Shown: piece after piece, positions 9,510 through 20,292 of the stretch | How positions within the stretch are numbered: position 1 is the stretch's first letter | Layout of the letters: the number at the start of each line of letters is the position of its first letter | Assembly (NCBI GenBank): GCA_963727625.1 | Contig: CAVSHR010000008.1 | Location: forward strand, 192,001 to 256,000 | Reading direction: 5' to 3' | Origin: an uncultured delta proteobacterium | GTDB taxonomy: Bacteria > Desulfobacterota > Binatia > UBA9968 | Length of the DNA: 64,000 bases | Translations under genes and position numbers: made by a program | The notes under the pieces: generated by a model | The model's input: the letters and a program-made list of their open reading frames with translations, nothing else | The model's database searches: none | What the model was told of the DNA's origin: nothing

Positions 9510-10358
9510 CTAACGCCGCAGTTGACGGTCTCGCTCCGCGCGCTCGTCGCGGCGCGCGCGGTCATTTTCTTCTTCGAGTTTGTATCCGACTTCTTCCGCG
9601 TTTAAAATAATTTCGCCCCAATTCTTCGGCTGCGCCGCGAGCTGCTGCAGGGTCAGTTGAATCTGACTGCGGATATCTTGCCCCGGGTCCCAAAATTTTC
9701 CTTGCGGCGCATTTCTAGTAAAATCATCGAGCCAATCGCGCAATCCCGCTAAAGCCGTCGTGAGTTCCTTCCGACCTCGTGCTCGGCGCGCTTCGTTGGG
9801 TTGGTTGGACTTGCCGCCGTCAGCGCGCAGATGTTTGAGCTCGTTGATCAAAACGGCATCGGCGCCAGCGTTGCGCAGCTGATTTTCGGTTTCCTTAGTG
9901 AGATCAAAAGCGACGCCGCGCTGGCGCGCCAGGGTCGCGACGCGTTTGGGTTCGACGCCTTCTCGAAGCGCAAAAGTGACCTCCTGCAACTTGAAGGCGG
10001 CGGGCGCAGCCACCAACGGCATAGGACGCACCAGAGTCAGGCCCAGATACAATCGGGCAATGTAGTCGTCACTCAGATAGGAAAGAGCCTTTTCAAATGC
10101 TTGGCTGGCTTCGGCGAACCTGCCCGAATTATAGTGAGCGCGGCCGATGTAGGTCCAAATGTTTCGTTGTGGCAAGACGGAATCGGAAACGAAAGCGGGA
10201 TTGCTGCTGGCGACGCGCTGGAAGTAACCAAGTGCGTTGTCGGGCTCGCCTCGCAACAAAGCTTGCCGCCCGGTCGAGAATTCACTCTGCTGTCCGAATC
10301 CAGCGCAGGCGCATAGCAAAAGCAGAGCGACCCAGCATCGCATACGAGAAAATTTCAT
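9510..10358 (-). CDS. Exported TPR-containing protein, probable lipoprotein
   Basis: Signal peptide with LCAC; TPR motifs (YIGRAHYNSGRFAEASQAFEKAL); start uncertain. Confidence 0.65.
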   Translation of the reverse strand: MKFSRMRCWVALLLLCACAGFGQQSEFSTGRQALLRGEPDNALGYFQRVASSNPAFVSDSVLPQRNIWTYIGRAHYNSGRFAEASQAFEKALSYLSDDYIARLYLGLTLVRPMPLVAAPAAFKLQEVTFALREGVEPKRVATLARQRGVAFDLTKETENQLRNAGADAVLINELKHLRADGGKSNQPNEARRARGRKELTTALAGLRDWLDDFTRNAPQGKFWDPGQDIRSQIQLTLQQLAAQPKNWGEIILNAEEVGYKLEEENDRARRDERAERDRQLRR

Positions 10359-10567
10359 AGACAACCAAATTAGGATAGGTGTTGGCCGGTTAAAACTCAA
10401 GTGACAAGTCTTTGTATGCTCGACACAAGCGCATCTTGCTCGGGCAAAATGAACTGTCGGGGCGCTTATGTTTCCGCGCGCATGCGACTGCGGACGGGCT
10501 CCAATTTTTTTTGCGTTTGGTTGTGGGCTTCCCGGCTCTCTGTTAATGAAAGTGGAGCTTTTTCACA

Positions 10568-11809
10568 ATGCGTTTTTCACCCACACCTTGGTTTGTCGCC
10601 GGCATTGCGTTTGTCGTGCTCGGTTTTTCCCGCGGCATTCATTCTTCCTTCGGCGTATTCAACGTCGCCTTGCTCGACACCTTCGGCTGGAGCCGGGGCG
10701 CCACAGCCGGGATTTTTTCCATTGTGCTCAGCGTCGACGCGCTGCTCTCGCCGCTGGTCGGCCATCTCCTGGATCGCTACGGTACCAAAAAAATTTGCAT
10801 CGCAGGCTGCTTTGCGCTGGTGGCTGGACTGCTGCTGAGCAGCCAGGTGTCGGCGCTTTGGCAGTTGTACATTTCCTTCGGAATCATTCTCGCCATCGGC
10901 TTTACCTTTACCGGCATGGTGCCGCATGTATTTCTGGTTTCCGAATGGTTTTCCGCCAATCGCGCATCGGCCATCGGGTTTGTCTACGCGGGCACGGGGC
11001 TGGGGATTTTGCTGCTCGCGCCGCTGAGCGAGTGGTTGATTTCGAGCTACGGCTGGGCGCGCGCCCTGAACATTTACGCCGCTGTGGTTCTTGTCGGGTT
11101 GTTGCCGCTCGTGTGGTTATTTTACCAGCATGGGCCGCACGGGCAGCATCGGCGTCATCGCGCTGAGAAGGGCAACGAGCAGAACCAGTGGACCGCCAAA
11201 CTGGCGTTGCAAAGCTTGCAGTTCTGGCTGCTTTTCGTCGCGCGGATCGCGGCGGCGTCGGGCACTACCGTGATCGTAACGCACCAGGTCGCCCATGTGG
11301 TTGACGTCGGCTTTAGCAAATTTTTGGCCGCATCGATATTCGGACTGGCTGGTATTACCAGCAGTTTCGGTCGTGTGATTTTCGGCTTCATCGCCGACCG
11401 TCTCTCCAAGCAGGCCGCCTACACGCTCAATATCGCCATGACCGTCGTCGGCGTCGGCGCATTGATGTTGCTGCATGATCCCAGCCAGCTCTATCTGCTT
11501 TACATCTTCGTGATTTTTTTCGGCATCGGTTTCGGTTCTCGCGCGGTGATTTTCTCGGCGCTCACTGCCGATATTTTTTCCGGCAGGGGCTTCGGTTCGA
11601 TCCTCGGGTACTCAACCGTGGCCGTCGGGGTGGGCGGCGCGCTCGGTTCTTATCTTGGCGGCGTCTTTCATGACTGGACCGGCAGTTATTTGGTCTCGTT
11701 CGCGCTCTCGACGCTGGTCTTAGCGATATCCGACGTTTGCATCTGGGTCGCTTCGATCCCGGCGGTGGCTGACTATGACCAGCGGCTCTGGGCGCGGCAG
11801 GGGCTCTAG
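10568..11809 (+). CDS. MFS transporter (OFA/MCT-like)
   Basis: About 12 TM segments; GHLLDRYGTK and GFIADRLSK loop motifs. Confidence 0.9.
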   Translation: MRFSPTPWFVAGIAFVVLGFSRGIHSSFGVFNVALLDTFGWSRGATAGIFSIVLSVDALLSPLVGHLLDRYGTKKICIAGCFALVAGLLLSSQVSALWQLYISFGIILAIGFTFTGMVPHVFLVSEWFSANRASAIGFVYAGTGLGILLLAPLSEWLISSYGWARALNIYAAVVLVGLLPLVWLFYQHGPHGQHRRHRAEKGNEQNQWTAKLALQSLQFWLLFVARIAAASGTTVIVTHQVAHVVDVGFSKFLAASIFGLAGITSSFGRVIFGFIADRLSKQAAYTLNIAMTVVGVGALMLLHDPSQLYLLYIFVIFFGIGFGSRAVIFSALTADIFSGRGFGSILGYSTVAVGVGGALGSYLGGVFHDWTGSYLVSFALSTLVLAISDVCIWVASIPAVADYDQRLWARQGL

Positions 11810-12007
11810 GCGTTGCTTCGGGCGCCGCCCAACAGGGCTCGGTAGTCCCGTTTTTCAACATTTAAACTCGTCCATCGATCAAGCCCGCCGCCTGCGCTCG
11901 TCTAATCAATTAGCCGCTGGTGAGTGACGCTAAAGCGCCGCGGCGGATTGCCTCGTGTCTTGAGGGCATCTGGCATAGTTGCTACTTTGAATTGTTGCGG
12001 CAAACCT

Positions 12008-12376
12008 ATGGACGCTCGGTTACGAGAAGGCATACGTCTGTTTAACGACAGGAAATTCTTCGAATGCCACGAGGCATTGGAAGGTTTTTACCAGGAAACC
12101 GACGTCGCCCATAAACCGTTTCTCGAAGGCTTGATCGAGCTGGCCGCCGCGTTCCGCTTGTTTTGCGACTTCGGCGAGATCAAAGGGCCGGTGCGCATGA
12201 TCAACCAGGCGCTGATTCGGTTTGAAAATTACCAACCATCGTTTCTGCAAATTCACGTTGCAGATCTCTGCCAAGCGCTGGAGGCCTGGGCAAAGGCGGC
12301 GGAAGCGGCTGACGCTATGCCAAGTGCATCCAGTATTCCCAAAATCCAGTTCCAGCGATTCAGTTTATTCTCATGA
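12008..12376 (+). CDS. DUF309 family protein
   Basis: GIRLFN...FFECHEALE...GLI signature; overlaps the mfd start. Confidence 0.75.
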   Translation: MDARLREGIRLFNDRKFFECHEALEGFYQETDVAHKPFLEGLIELAAAFRLFCDFGEIKGPVRMINQALIRFENYQPSFLQIHVADLCQALEAWAKAAEAADAMPSASSIPKIQFQRFSLFS

Positions 12377-15300
12377 CCGGCAGCGCTCTCGCGGATCGAC
12401 TCGAGCGGTTTCTTCAGGGAACCTGGACCGGCGCCAAACGGATCCAGGGCCTGCAGGGCGGGGCGCGTGCTTATTTGCTTTCTTTGGCTGCGGCGCGGGA
12501 GCGCCGGCCGATTCTTGTCATCGCCGCCGGGGCACGCGAGGCGGAAAATCTTGCCGATGATCTAAATTTTTTTCTCGGTGGGGAAGATTTTCCGGCGGCG
12601 TTGCGCCGCAGCGTGCAGCTGTTTCCCTCCTGGGAAGTGCTGCCGTTTGAGAAACTCTCTCCTCATCCGGAGAATATCGCCGGCCGTCTCGAAGGGCTCT
12701 ATCGGCTGGTTGAAGAACCGGCGCCGATTTTGATCGCCACGCCCGCGGCGTTGATGCAGCGGGTCATCCCCAAAGAATCGCTCAAGCGATCTTATCTTTA
12801 CCTGGTCGCGGGCCAGGATTTGCAGCGCGACTCCCTGCTCGAACATTTGGCCGAGTGGGGTTTTCAAAACGTACCGCTGGTGGAGGAGCGCGGCGATTTC
12901 AGTCTGCGCGGCGGCATCGTCGATATTTTTTCACCGGGCTACGGTCGGCCGCTTCGGCTCGAATTCGACGGCGATCGCTTGGAGTCGATCCGCGAGTTCA
13001 ATCCGTCGAACCAGCGCAGCGAGCGGATTCAAGAGGAAATGCTCCTGCTGCCGATGAAGGAATTCTCGCTCAAGTGTGCCGGCCTGGACGAAGCGCTGCG
13101 CCGGTTGGAGCAACGCGCTGCCGAGCTGGAGGTTGACCGGCGCGAAAGAATTAGCCTCATCGAGTCCCTGCGCGCCGGCATCGCGGTGCCGGGGATGGAG
13201 TTTTTATTACCTTATTTTTCTTCCTCCTTGGTGCCGGTGTTCGCTTACTTGCCGGCGCAGACCTTGATCTGGCTCGACAGCGCCGACCGGGTCGAAGCAG
13301 AAGCCGAACGTTTCGCTCAGCTCACCTGGGAGCGCAGCCAAAACGCCAGAGAAGAACATCGGTTGGCTGCCTCGGCGGAGGGGCTCTACCTCAACGAGCA
13401 TGAATGGCGCGACGCGCTGGCGCCTTTTTCTTTGGTTCACGGTGAGTCTTTGACGATTATGGCAGCCTCGGAGCGGGCGCAAGAAACCACCCTTACCGTG
13501 GAATCTTATTTGACCTCGGATATCCGTCAGGAAACCGCGTTGCATGGCAAAGACGCGTCGCTCGCGCCGTTGATCGAACGGTTGAAAACCTGGCAGTCGG
13601 AGAAGGTCATATTCGTCGCACCGACCAAGGGTGACGCCGCCCGGCTGGTTGAATTGCTCGGTCACTACGATTTGCACGTGCCGATGATCGAAGAGCCTAT
13701 ACCGGTCTTGTTGCAGCGCGACGATCTGGCACGGGCGATCGTCTGCGGCCATCTCAATCAGAGTTTCCGCCTGCCGGAAGCGCAGCTGGTGGTAGTTACA
13801 TTCGATGAAATTTTCGGCACCCGCAAGCGCCAGCCCACGGCCGCGACGAAGAACTACCCGAGCCATTTTTTAACCAGCTTAAGCGAACTCAAGCAGGATG
13901 ACTTCGTGGTTCACCTCGATCATGGCATCGGGATCTACCGTGGGCTCAAATTTTTAAAGGTCGCCGGCATCGAAGGCGAGTTCCTCCATTTAGAGTACTC
14001 CGGCGGCGATCGGCTGTATCTGCCTGTGGACCGCATCAACATGGTGCAGAAATATATCGGCGGCGACGGCGCGGCGCCGGCGCTTGACCGCTTAGGCGGC
14101 ACGTCGTGGGAAAAGGTCAAAGCCAAAGCGCGTAAAGCGATTCTCGCCATGGCCGAAGAATTGGTCCAGCTCTACGCCCTGCGCGAGGCGCGCGCCGGCA
14201 CGGCCTTCGCGCCGCCGGATAACATGTACAAGGAGTTCGAAGCCGCCTTCGAATACGAAGAGACGCCCGACCAGCAGCGCGCCATCGACGATACCCTGGC
14301 CGGCATGCAAGGGAAAAAACCGATGGACCGGCTGGTCTGCGGCGACGTCGGTTACGGCAAAACCGAAGTGGCTATGCGCGCGGCGTTTCTGGCGGTTGAG
14401 GGAGGCAAGCAGGTCGCGGTGTTGGCGCCGACGACGATTCTCGCGCAGCAACACTTGCAGACCTTCCGCCATCGCTTTCGCAATCATCCGGTGTGCGTCG
14501 AGATGGTGAGCCGTTTTCTCACCGGCAAAGAAATTGCTCAGGTCTTGGAAGAAACCGCCAGGGGCAGAGTCGACGTCGTCATCGGCACTCACCGGCTGTT
14601 GCAAAAGGACGTGGAGTTCAAAGATTTGGGCCTGGTGATCATCGACGAAGAGCACCGCTTCGGCGTGGTGCATAAGGAACGGTTGAAAAAAATGCGCCAG
14701 CTGGTCGACGTGCTGAGCCTCACGGCAACCCCGATTCCGCGCACGCTGCATATGTCGCTGGTGGGCATACGCGACTTGAGCATCATCGAGACGCCGCCGG
14801 TGGACCGCCTGGCGATTCAAACCTACGTGACTCGCTACGACGAAAGCTTGATTCGCGACGCGATCCTGCGCGAGCTTGAACGCGGCGGCCAGGTATTTTT
14901 TCTGCATAATCGCGTCGAGACCATCGACCGGCTGGCGCTGAAGCTCGCCGACCTGGTTCCCGAGGCGAAGATGGGCGTGGCCCATGGGCAGATGCGCCCC
15001 AAAGAGCTGGAAAAGGTCATGCTCGAATTTTTCGAGAACAAAACCCATGTGCTGGTTTGCTCGGCGATTATCGAGTCCGGCCTCGATTTTCCCAACGCCA
15101 ACACGATTATCATCAATCGCGCCGATCAGTTTGGCTTGGCGCAGCTCTATCAGTTGCGCGGCCGGGTCGGCCGCTCCCATCGTCACGCTTTCGCCTATTT
15201 GCTCATTCCCGGGGAAAAAGCGATCACGCCGGACGCCGAAAAGCGCTTGCGCGCGCTGCAAGAGATAGACGGCTTGGGCGGCGGGTTCAAGCTTGCGCTG

Positions 15301-15927
15301 CATGATTTGGAAATCCGCGGCGCGGGCAATTTACTGGGCGAGCAACAATCGGGGCAGATCACCGCGGTGGGCTTCGAGCTTTACACCGAGATGATGGAAA
15401 ACGCCATTAAAGAACTTAAAGGCGAAGAACTGCTGCCGGAGGTGGAGCCGGAGATCCGCCTGGGCATTTCGGCCTATTTTCCCGATCACTATATTCCCGA
15501 CGCCAACCAGCGGCTTTATTTCTACAAGCGCTTGGCAAGCCTCAAAGATGAGCCAGAGCTTGACGAGCTGAAAGAAGAAATCAGAGATCGTTTTGGGCCC
15601 TGCGGCGCCGTCGTCGAGAATTTATTCTTGGTGATGAGCCTGCGCCGGGTATTGAAACAGTTCGTGGTCCAACAGATCAGCGTGTCGGACGGCAAAGTGT
15701 TCATGTTGTTTCATTCCGAGTCGCCGGTAAAGGTCGAAAAACTTTTGGAGCTGATTCGCAAGCAAAAAAACCGCTTCCGACTTTCGCCCGACGGACGGCT
15801 GTCGTTTACGCCGGTAAATCTGGATTGGCCGCCGTTGATCGAGGAGATCATCGAGCTGTTACACTCAATTCACGAAACACCAGCGGCGGAACCAATCGCG
15901 GCGGCGACGGTGCACGCGCAAACCTGA
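12373..15927 (+). CDS. mfd: Transcription-repair coupling factor Mfd
   Basis: UvrB-like N-terminus, [12 protein letters not shown] domain, [30 protein letters not shown]-terminus. Confidence 0.97.
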   Translation: MTGSALADRLERFLQGTWTGAKRIQGLQGGARAYLLSLAAARERRPILVIAAGAREAENLADDLNFFLGGEDFPAALRRSVQLFPSWEVLPFEKLSPHPENIAGRLEGLYRLVEEPAPILIATPAALMQRVIPKESLKRSYLYLVAGQDLQRDSLLEHLAEWGFQNVPLVEERGDFSLRGGIVDIFSPGYGRPLRLEFDGDRLESIREFNPSNQRSERIQEEMLLLPMKEFSLKCAGLDEALRRLEQRAAELEVDRRERISLIESLRAGIAVPGMEFLLPYFSSSLVPVFAYLPAQTLIWLDSADRVEAEAERFAQLTWERSQNAREEHRLAASAEGLYLNEHEWRDALAPFSLVHGESLTIMAASERAQETTLTVESYLTSDIRQETALHGKDASLAPLIERLKTWQSEKVIFVAPTKGDAARLVELLGHYDLHVPMIEEPIPVLLQRDDLARAIVCGHLNQSFRLPEAQLVVVTFDEIFGTRKRQPTAATKNYPSHFLTSLSELKQDDFVVHLDHGIGIYRGLKFLKVAGIEGEFLHLEYSGGDRLYLPVDRINMVQKYIGGDGAAPALDRLGGTSWEKVKAKARKAILAMAEELVQLYALREARAGTAFAPPDNMYKEFEAAFEYEETPDQQRAIDDTLAGMQGKKPMDRLVCGDVGYGKTEVAMRAAFLAVEGGKQVAVLAPTTILAQQHLQTFRHRFRNHPVCVEMVSRFLTGKEIAQVLEETARGRVDVVIGTHRLLQKDVEFKDLGLVIIDEEHRFGVVHKERLKKMRQLVDVLSLTATPIPRTLHMSLVGIRDLSIIETPPVDRLAIQTYVTRYDESLIRDAILRELERGGQVFFLHNRVETIDRLALKLADLVPEAKMGVAHGQMRPKELEKVMLEFFENKTHVLVCSAIIESGLDFPNANTIIINRADQFGLAQLYQLRGRVGRSHRHAFAYLLIPGEKAITPDAEKRLRALQEIDGLGGGFKLALHDLEIRGAGNLLGEQQSGQITAVGFELYTEMMENAIKELKGEELLPEVEPEIRLGISAYFPDHYIPDANQRLYFYKRLASLKDEPELDELKEEIRDRFGPCGAVVENLFLVMSLRRVLKQFVVQQISVSDGKVFMLFHSESPVKVEKLLELIRKQKNRFRLSPDGRLSFTPVNLDWPPLIEEIIELLHSIHETPAAEPIAAATVHAQT

Positions 15928-16019
15928 GGCCGCCAAAGGTTCAAAGCGTTGAAACCAGGAATGGATACGAAATTGCAATCCGGTCACCGATCGTAGGGCG
16001 AAGCGCGCGGTGGCCTTAG

Positions 16020-16420
16020 CTGAATTTGACACGGCGCCGCGCCACGCGCTCCAACTGTAATACCCGAGGGTGGTGATCGGCACTGCTTTTCTCACCGTCG
16101 CCGTGGCTTTCGGCTTGCGCAACGCCTTTGCGGTGTTCCTGATCGCGGTCAGTGAAGACTTTCATTGGAGCCGCGGTTTGGCTTCCGGCGCGCTGATGGT
16201 CGGCTCCATTGTCTGGACGGCGGAGGCGCAGGTGATTGGCAGGCTGCTGGATCGCACCGGCGCGCCGGGGGCCAACCCCCGCGCCGGCGGTGCGATCTAC
16301 GACTGGACGGGCGGTTATCGCGCCGCGTTCTAGATCGCCCAGGGCCCGGCCTCTGTGTCGGTTTATTTTATTTGGCTGGTCGGAGCGCGGCGCCACCGGC
16401 ACAGATTGTCCTAAGATAGC
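16020..16420 (+). pseudogene. Internally deleted MFS transporter remnant
   Basis: The MFS N-terminus (FHWSRGLASGA...GRLLDRTG) is fused directly to the C-terminal GGAIYDWTGGYRAAF and followed by a stop; same family as 10568-11809. Confidence 0.65.
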
Positions 16421-16533
16421 CTAGAGTCTGCCGGCTCCCTGCCAGAGTAATTTTTTGACCGGCGCTGGTTTGGTTTTTAAAGGGGAGTGTGGTAACTGTT
16501 TTGATGAGCTTGCGTAATAGTTTACTGGCCGAG

Positions 16534-17838
16534 ATGCTTATGCAGAGACGGGCAATTCAAGCAATTTTTCTTTGGTCTTACCTGTTAGTTATCCCGTCCC
16601 TGGTCGGTGCTGCGGTCGTCGAGCAGCTAATCGCCGTCATCGACGGCGAGCCCTACACGCTCTCGAATATCGATAAGTTCTCAAAAGCTAAAATTGGGCG
16701 AAGCTTTCCGGCTGGCGACCTCAAGTCGATCAATCAGGCCGATCGCGATGTGCTGGTACAATTCCTCACCGAAAAACTACTGGAGGCCGAGGTGCGCGAG
16801 GCGGGAATCACGGTTAGCGATAACGCCGTCAACCACTACATCGAGCAGGTCAAAAAAAATAACCGGTTATCCGACGAGGACTTGAAAACCGCGCTGAAGC
16901 GCGAGAATCAAACCCTGGAAAGCTATAAAACCTCGGTCAAAGCCGAGATTGAAAAGAGCGAGTTGATCGACCGTCAGGTTAGAAGGAAAGTCACTATCAG
17001 CGACGAAGACGTCGAACGATATTACAAGCTCAACGCGAAAAAATATCGCACCAATGATCGTGCGCGCATTCGCCATATCCTGCTTCCGCTCAGTGAAAAC
17101 GCGCCGCCGGATCAGGTCCAGAGCGCGATGGCGAAGGCGCAGGATCTGCGCCAGCGAATCGCTGGCGGAGCGGATTTCGCGGCAATCGCACGCGAGAATT
17201 CCCAGGGCGCCGGCCGCGACGAAGGCGGCGATATCGGCTGGGTAAAGCGCGGAACTTTGATCTCGGGCATTGAAGAAGTGGCGTTTGAGAAACTCTCGGT
17301 GGGCCAGGTGAGCGAACCGTTCCGCACCAGCATGGGGGTTCATATCGTCAAGCTCGAGGAGCGCGACGCCGGCACGGCGCTGTCGCTCAGCACCGTGGCG
17401 CCGCGCATCAAACAAGAGCTGACGACCAAGGCATTGGAAGAGCGCTTTGCCAAGTGGGTCAAATCCGATTTGCGGCGCAAGCATCGGGTCGATATCAAGG
17501 TCGCTGGCGTGGTTTTCAAGCCGGAAGATTCCAAAGAGGGAACGGTCGACAACTTGATGGCGCGATCCAACCGGTCGACGCGGCGCGAAGAACGCACGTT
17601 CTTAAGTTATCTCAACCCGTTGTCCTATATCGTTAAAGATACTCCATTCGAGGAAGAAGATCCCAAGAGTCCGCTGAACGGCAAAAGCATCGTGAGCGTT
17701 TTCGGTGTGCCGCTGTTTACAACTGATTCCGCAGAGGATGCGCCGGATGTTTTGGCGCCGCAACCTAAAGAGTCGGAAAAGTCGAGCGGCTCCAGTATTC
17801 TCGACTCGTTGAATCCCTTCTCTTCGAATAAGCCCTAG
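16534..17838 (+). CDS. surA: SurA-like periplasmic chaperone / parvulin PPIase
   Basis: Signal peptide, IAVIDGEP N-domain, RIRHILL...FAAIARENS...GGDIGW parvulin domain; synteny with pdxA; start uncertain. Confidence 0.8.
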   Translation: MLMQRRAIQAIFLWSYLLVIPSLVGAAVVEQLIAVIDGEPYTLSNIDKFSKAKIGRSFPAGDLKSINQADRDVLVQFLTEKLLEAEVREAGITVSDNAVNHYIEQVKKNNRLSDEDLKTALKRENQTLESYKTSVKAEIEKSELIDRQVRRKVTISDEDVERYYKLNAKKYRTNDRARIRHILLPLSENAPPDQVQSAMAKAQDLRQRIAGGADFAAIARENSQGAGRDEGGDIGWVKRGTLISGIEEVAFEKLSVGQVSEPFRTSMGVHIVKLEERDAGTALSLSTVAPRIKQELTTKALEERFAKWVKSDLRRKHRVDIKVAGVVFKPEDSKEGTVDNLMARSNRSTRREERTFLSYLNPLSYIVKDTPFEEEDPKSPLNGKSIVSVFGVPLFTTDSAEDAPDVLAPQPKESEKSSGSSILDSLNPFSSNKP

Positions 17839-17906
17839 TCTCTTGTCTCCAACGCCGCAGGCGCGGATAATGAGCCCCATTATCCAGGTGCAAATGTTTC
17901 ACATCC

Positions 17907-18932
17907 ATGGCGAGTAAACCGATCATCGCCGTCACCATGGGCGATCCAGCGGGGATCGGTCCGGAGGTTGTGCTCAAGGCACTGGCGGATCCTGCGATCA
18001 AAAAAAACTGCCGGCCACTGGTTTTGGGCGACTGGGGTGTGCTTCAACGAGCTCGGCGCCGTCGGTTTAAATCAGCTAAATTGATTTGCTGGCAGCCCGG
18101 GCAACAGCTCTTGCCCATGCTCGATCATCCGAGCGCTCATGTAGTTTGTTCTTTGTCCAGGTTAACGATCAAAGAATCCCGACCGGGCATGGCTTCCAAG
18201 GCAGGCGGCCATGGCGCGTTCAGTTATATTCGGGTTGCCGCCACATTGACGCTTTCGAACGTCGCCGACGCCATGGCTACCGCACCGATCAGCAAGAGCA
18301 GTTTGATCGACGCCGGGTATCATTATCCAGGCCATACCGAGCTTCTTGCCGAACTCAGTGGCACTCCGGAGTGTCGCATGATGCTGATGGGCGCGAAGTT
18401 ACGGGTCGTTCCGGTGACGGGTCATATCCCGTTCACCAAAGTGGCGCGCAGTGTGACCCAGAAAAATATTCAAACGACCGTGGAGCTCACTCAACGGGGT
18501 CTAAAACTTTTTTTCGGGATTGCTCGGCCGCGGATCGCCGTGGCGGCGTTAAATCCGCATGGCGGCGAAGAGGGTATTTTCGGCGACGAGGAGATCGAGG
18601 TGATCGCTCCGGCCGTGCGGCAAGCGCGGCGCAGGGGGATCGCTGTAACCGGACCGTTTCCGGCCGACAGCCTGTTTTATCGCGCGGCGCGCGGCGACTA
18701 TGACGCGGTGGTTTGCATGTATCACGACCAGGGACTGATTCCGCTCAAGCTGCACCATTTTTTCGGCGGCGTAGCGTTGACTCTGGGACCGCCTTTTATC
18801 AGGACCTCCGTGGACCACGGCACGGCCTACGATATCGCCGGCCGCGGCAAGGCCGACGAGACCAGTATGAAGGAAGCGATTCTCCTGGCGGCGCATCTGG
18901 CGCGGCAGAATGCAAGACTGAAGCGAAAATGA
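17907..18932 (+). CDS. pdxA: 4-hydroxythreonine-4-phosphate dehydrogenase
   Basis: TMGDPAGIGPE, GHTELL, LNPH, MYHDQG, RTSVDHGTAYDIAG. Confidence 0.95.
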   Translation: MASKPIIAVTMGDPAGIGPEVVLKALADPAIKKNCRPLVLGDWGVLQRARRRRFKSAKLICWQPGQQLLPMLDHPSAHVVCSLSRLTIKESRPGMASKAGGHGAFSYIRVAATLTLSNVADAMATAPISKSSLIDAGYHYPGHTELLAELSGTPECRMMLMGAKLRVVPVTGHIPFTKVARSVTQKNIQTTVELTQRGLKLFFGIARPRIAVAALNPHGGEEGIFGDEEIEVIAPAVRQARRRGIAVTGPFPADSLFYRAARGDYDAVVCMYHDQGLIPLKLHHFFGGVALTLGPPFIRTSVDHGTAYDIAGRGKADETSMKEAILLAAHLARQNARLKRK

Positions 18933-20284
18933 ACCCGGCGATATTTCGTGAATACGACATCCGCGGTTTGGCGGAAAACGATTTCGACAAGGACTTCGCG
19001 CTCATGCTCGGAAAGGTGCACGGCAGCGCGGTTGCAACTGGGGGCGGCACACGAGTTACGGTGGGACGCGACTGCCGGTCGACCTCCGACGCATATGCGG
19101 AGGCAGTGATCGCCGGCATGGCGTCGGCGGGTCTGCATGTCTACGACATAGGCATCTGTCCCACGCCATTGCTCTATTTCTCATTGTTTCATCTCGGCGT
19201 CGACGGCGGCATCCAAATTACCGCGAGCCACAACCCGGCGGAGTACAACGGTTTCAAAATCTGCTTTGGCACGGACACGCTTTACGGTGAGCAGATCCAG
19301 GACATCCGGGTTAAGATGGAGCGCGAGGAATTTCATGAAAAGCCCGGCGGCAAGGTGGAACGCTACGAAATCATCCCGCCGTATCAAAAGTATTTGTTGG
19401 CCGACGTTGCGCGGCTGGCGCGGCCGCTCAAGGTGGTCGTCGATGCAGGCAGCGGCGTCGGCGGGCCGGTGGCGCCGCCGGTTTTCCGGGCGCTCGGTTG
19501 CACCGTGTGGGAAATTGCCTGTCAGCCCGACGCGAATTTCCCGTTTCACCATCCCGATCCGACGGTGCCAGAAAATTTGGCCATGCTCATGGACAAAGTC
19601 AGGCAGGAAAGCGCCGATCTTGGCATCGCCTACGACGGCGATGCCGATCGGCTTGGTGTGGTGGATGAGAAGGGCGACATCCTTTGGGGCGACGAGCTGT
19701 TAGTGTTGTTCTCCCGCGACCTGCTCAAGCGCAACCCGAGGGCGACGGTGATCTCCGAAGTGAAATGCTCGCAGCGGCTTTATGATGATATCGCCAAGAA
19801 CGGCGGCAACGCGATCATGTGGAAAGCCGGCCATTCGTTGCTCAAGGCCAAAATGAAAGAGACCCAGGCGTTGCTCGCCGGCGAGATGAGCGGCCATATG
19901 TTTTTCAAAGAGCGCTACTTCGGATTCGACGACGCGATTTACGCTTCGCTCCGCTTGCTCGAAATCCTCGCCGACTCCCCAAAACCGCTGTCGAGCTTGC
20001 TCGCCGACTTGCCGCCGAGTGTGTCTACGCCGGAAATTCGCGTCGATTGTCCGGACGACAAAAAGTTTATCATCGCGGCGAGGGCCACCGAATTTTTTCG
20101 CCAACGCTACGACGTTGTCGTCGTCGACGGCGTGCGCGTGAAGTTCCCCGAGGGCTGGGGGTTGATCCGTGCGTCCAACACGCAGCCCGCTTTGGTGCTG
20201 CGCTTCGAAGCCCAGTCCGCGGCCAAGCTCGCAGAGTACCGCGCGCTGATCGAGAACAAACTCGCAGACTTCGCGAGATCATAG
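18929..20284 (+). CDS. Phosphomannomutase/phosphoglucomutase (AlgC-type)
   Basis: [34 protein letters not shown]; ATGA overlap with pdxA. Confidence 0.95.
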   Translation: MNPAIFREYDIRGLAENDFDKDFALMLGKVHGSAVATGGGTRVTVGRDCRSTSDAYAEAVIAGMASAGLHVYDIGICPTPLLYFSLFHLGVDGGIQITASHNPAEYNGFKICFGTDTLYGEQIQDIRVKMEREEFHEKPGGKVERYEIIPPYQKYLLADVARLARPLKVVVDAGSGVGGPVAPPVFRALGCTVWEIACQPDANFPFHHPDPTVPENLAMLMDKVRQESADLGIAYDGDADRLGVVDEKGDILWGDELLVLFSRDLLKRNPRATVISEVKCSQRLYDDIAKNGGNAIMWKAGHSLLKAKMKETQALLAGEMSGHMFFKERYFGFDDAIYASLRLLEILADSPKPLSSLLADLPPSVSTPEIRVDCPDDKKFIIAARATEFFRQRYDVVVVDGVRVKFPEGWGLIRASNTQPALVLRFEAQSAAKLAEYRALIENKLADFARS

Positions 20285-20292
20285 ACCGCGAA

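Noticed and set aside
18713-20292. Long N-terminal extensions of PMM and UvrA in the ORF track
   Set aside because: They overlap upstream genes. Family motifs begin at ATG 18929 and ATG 20293.
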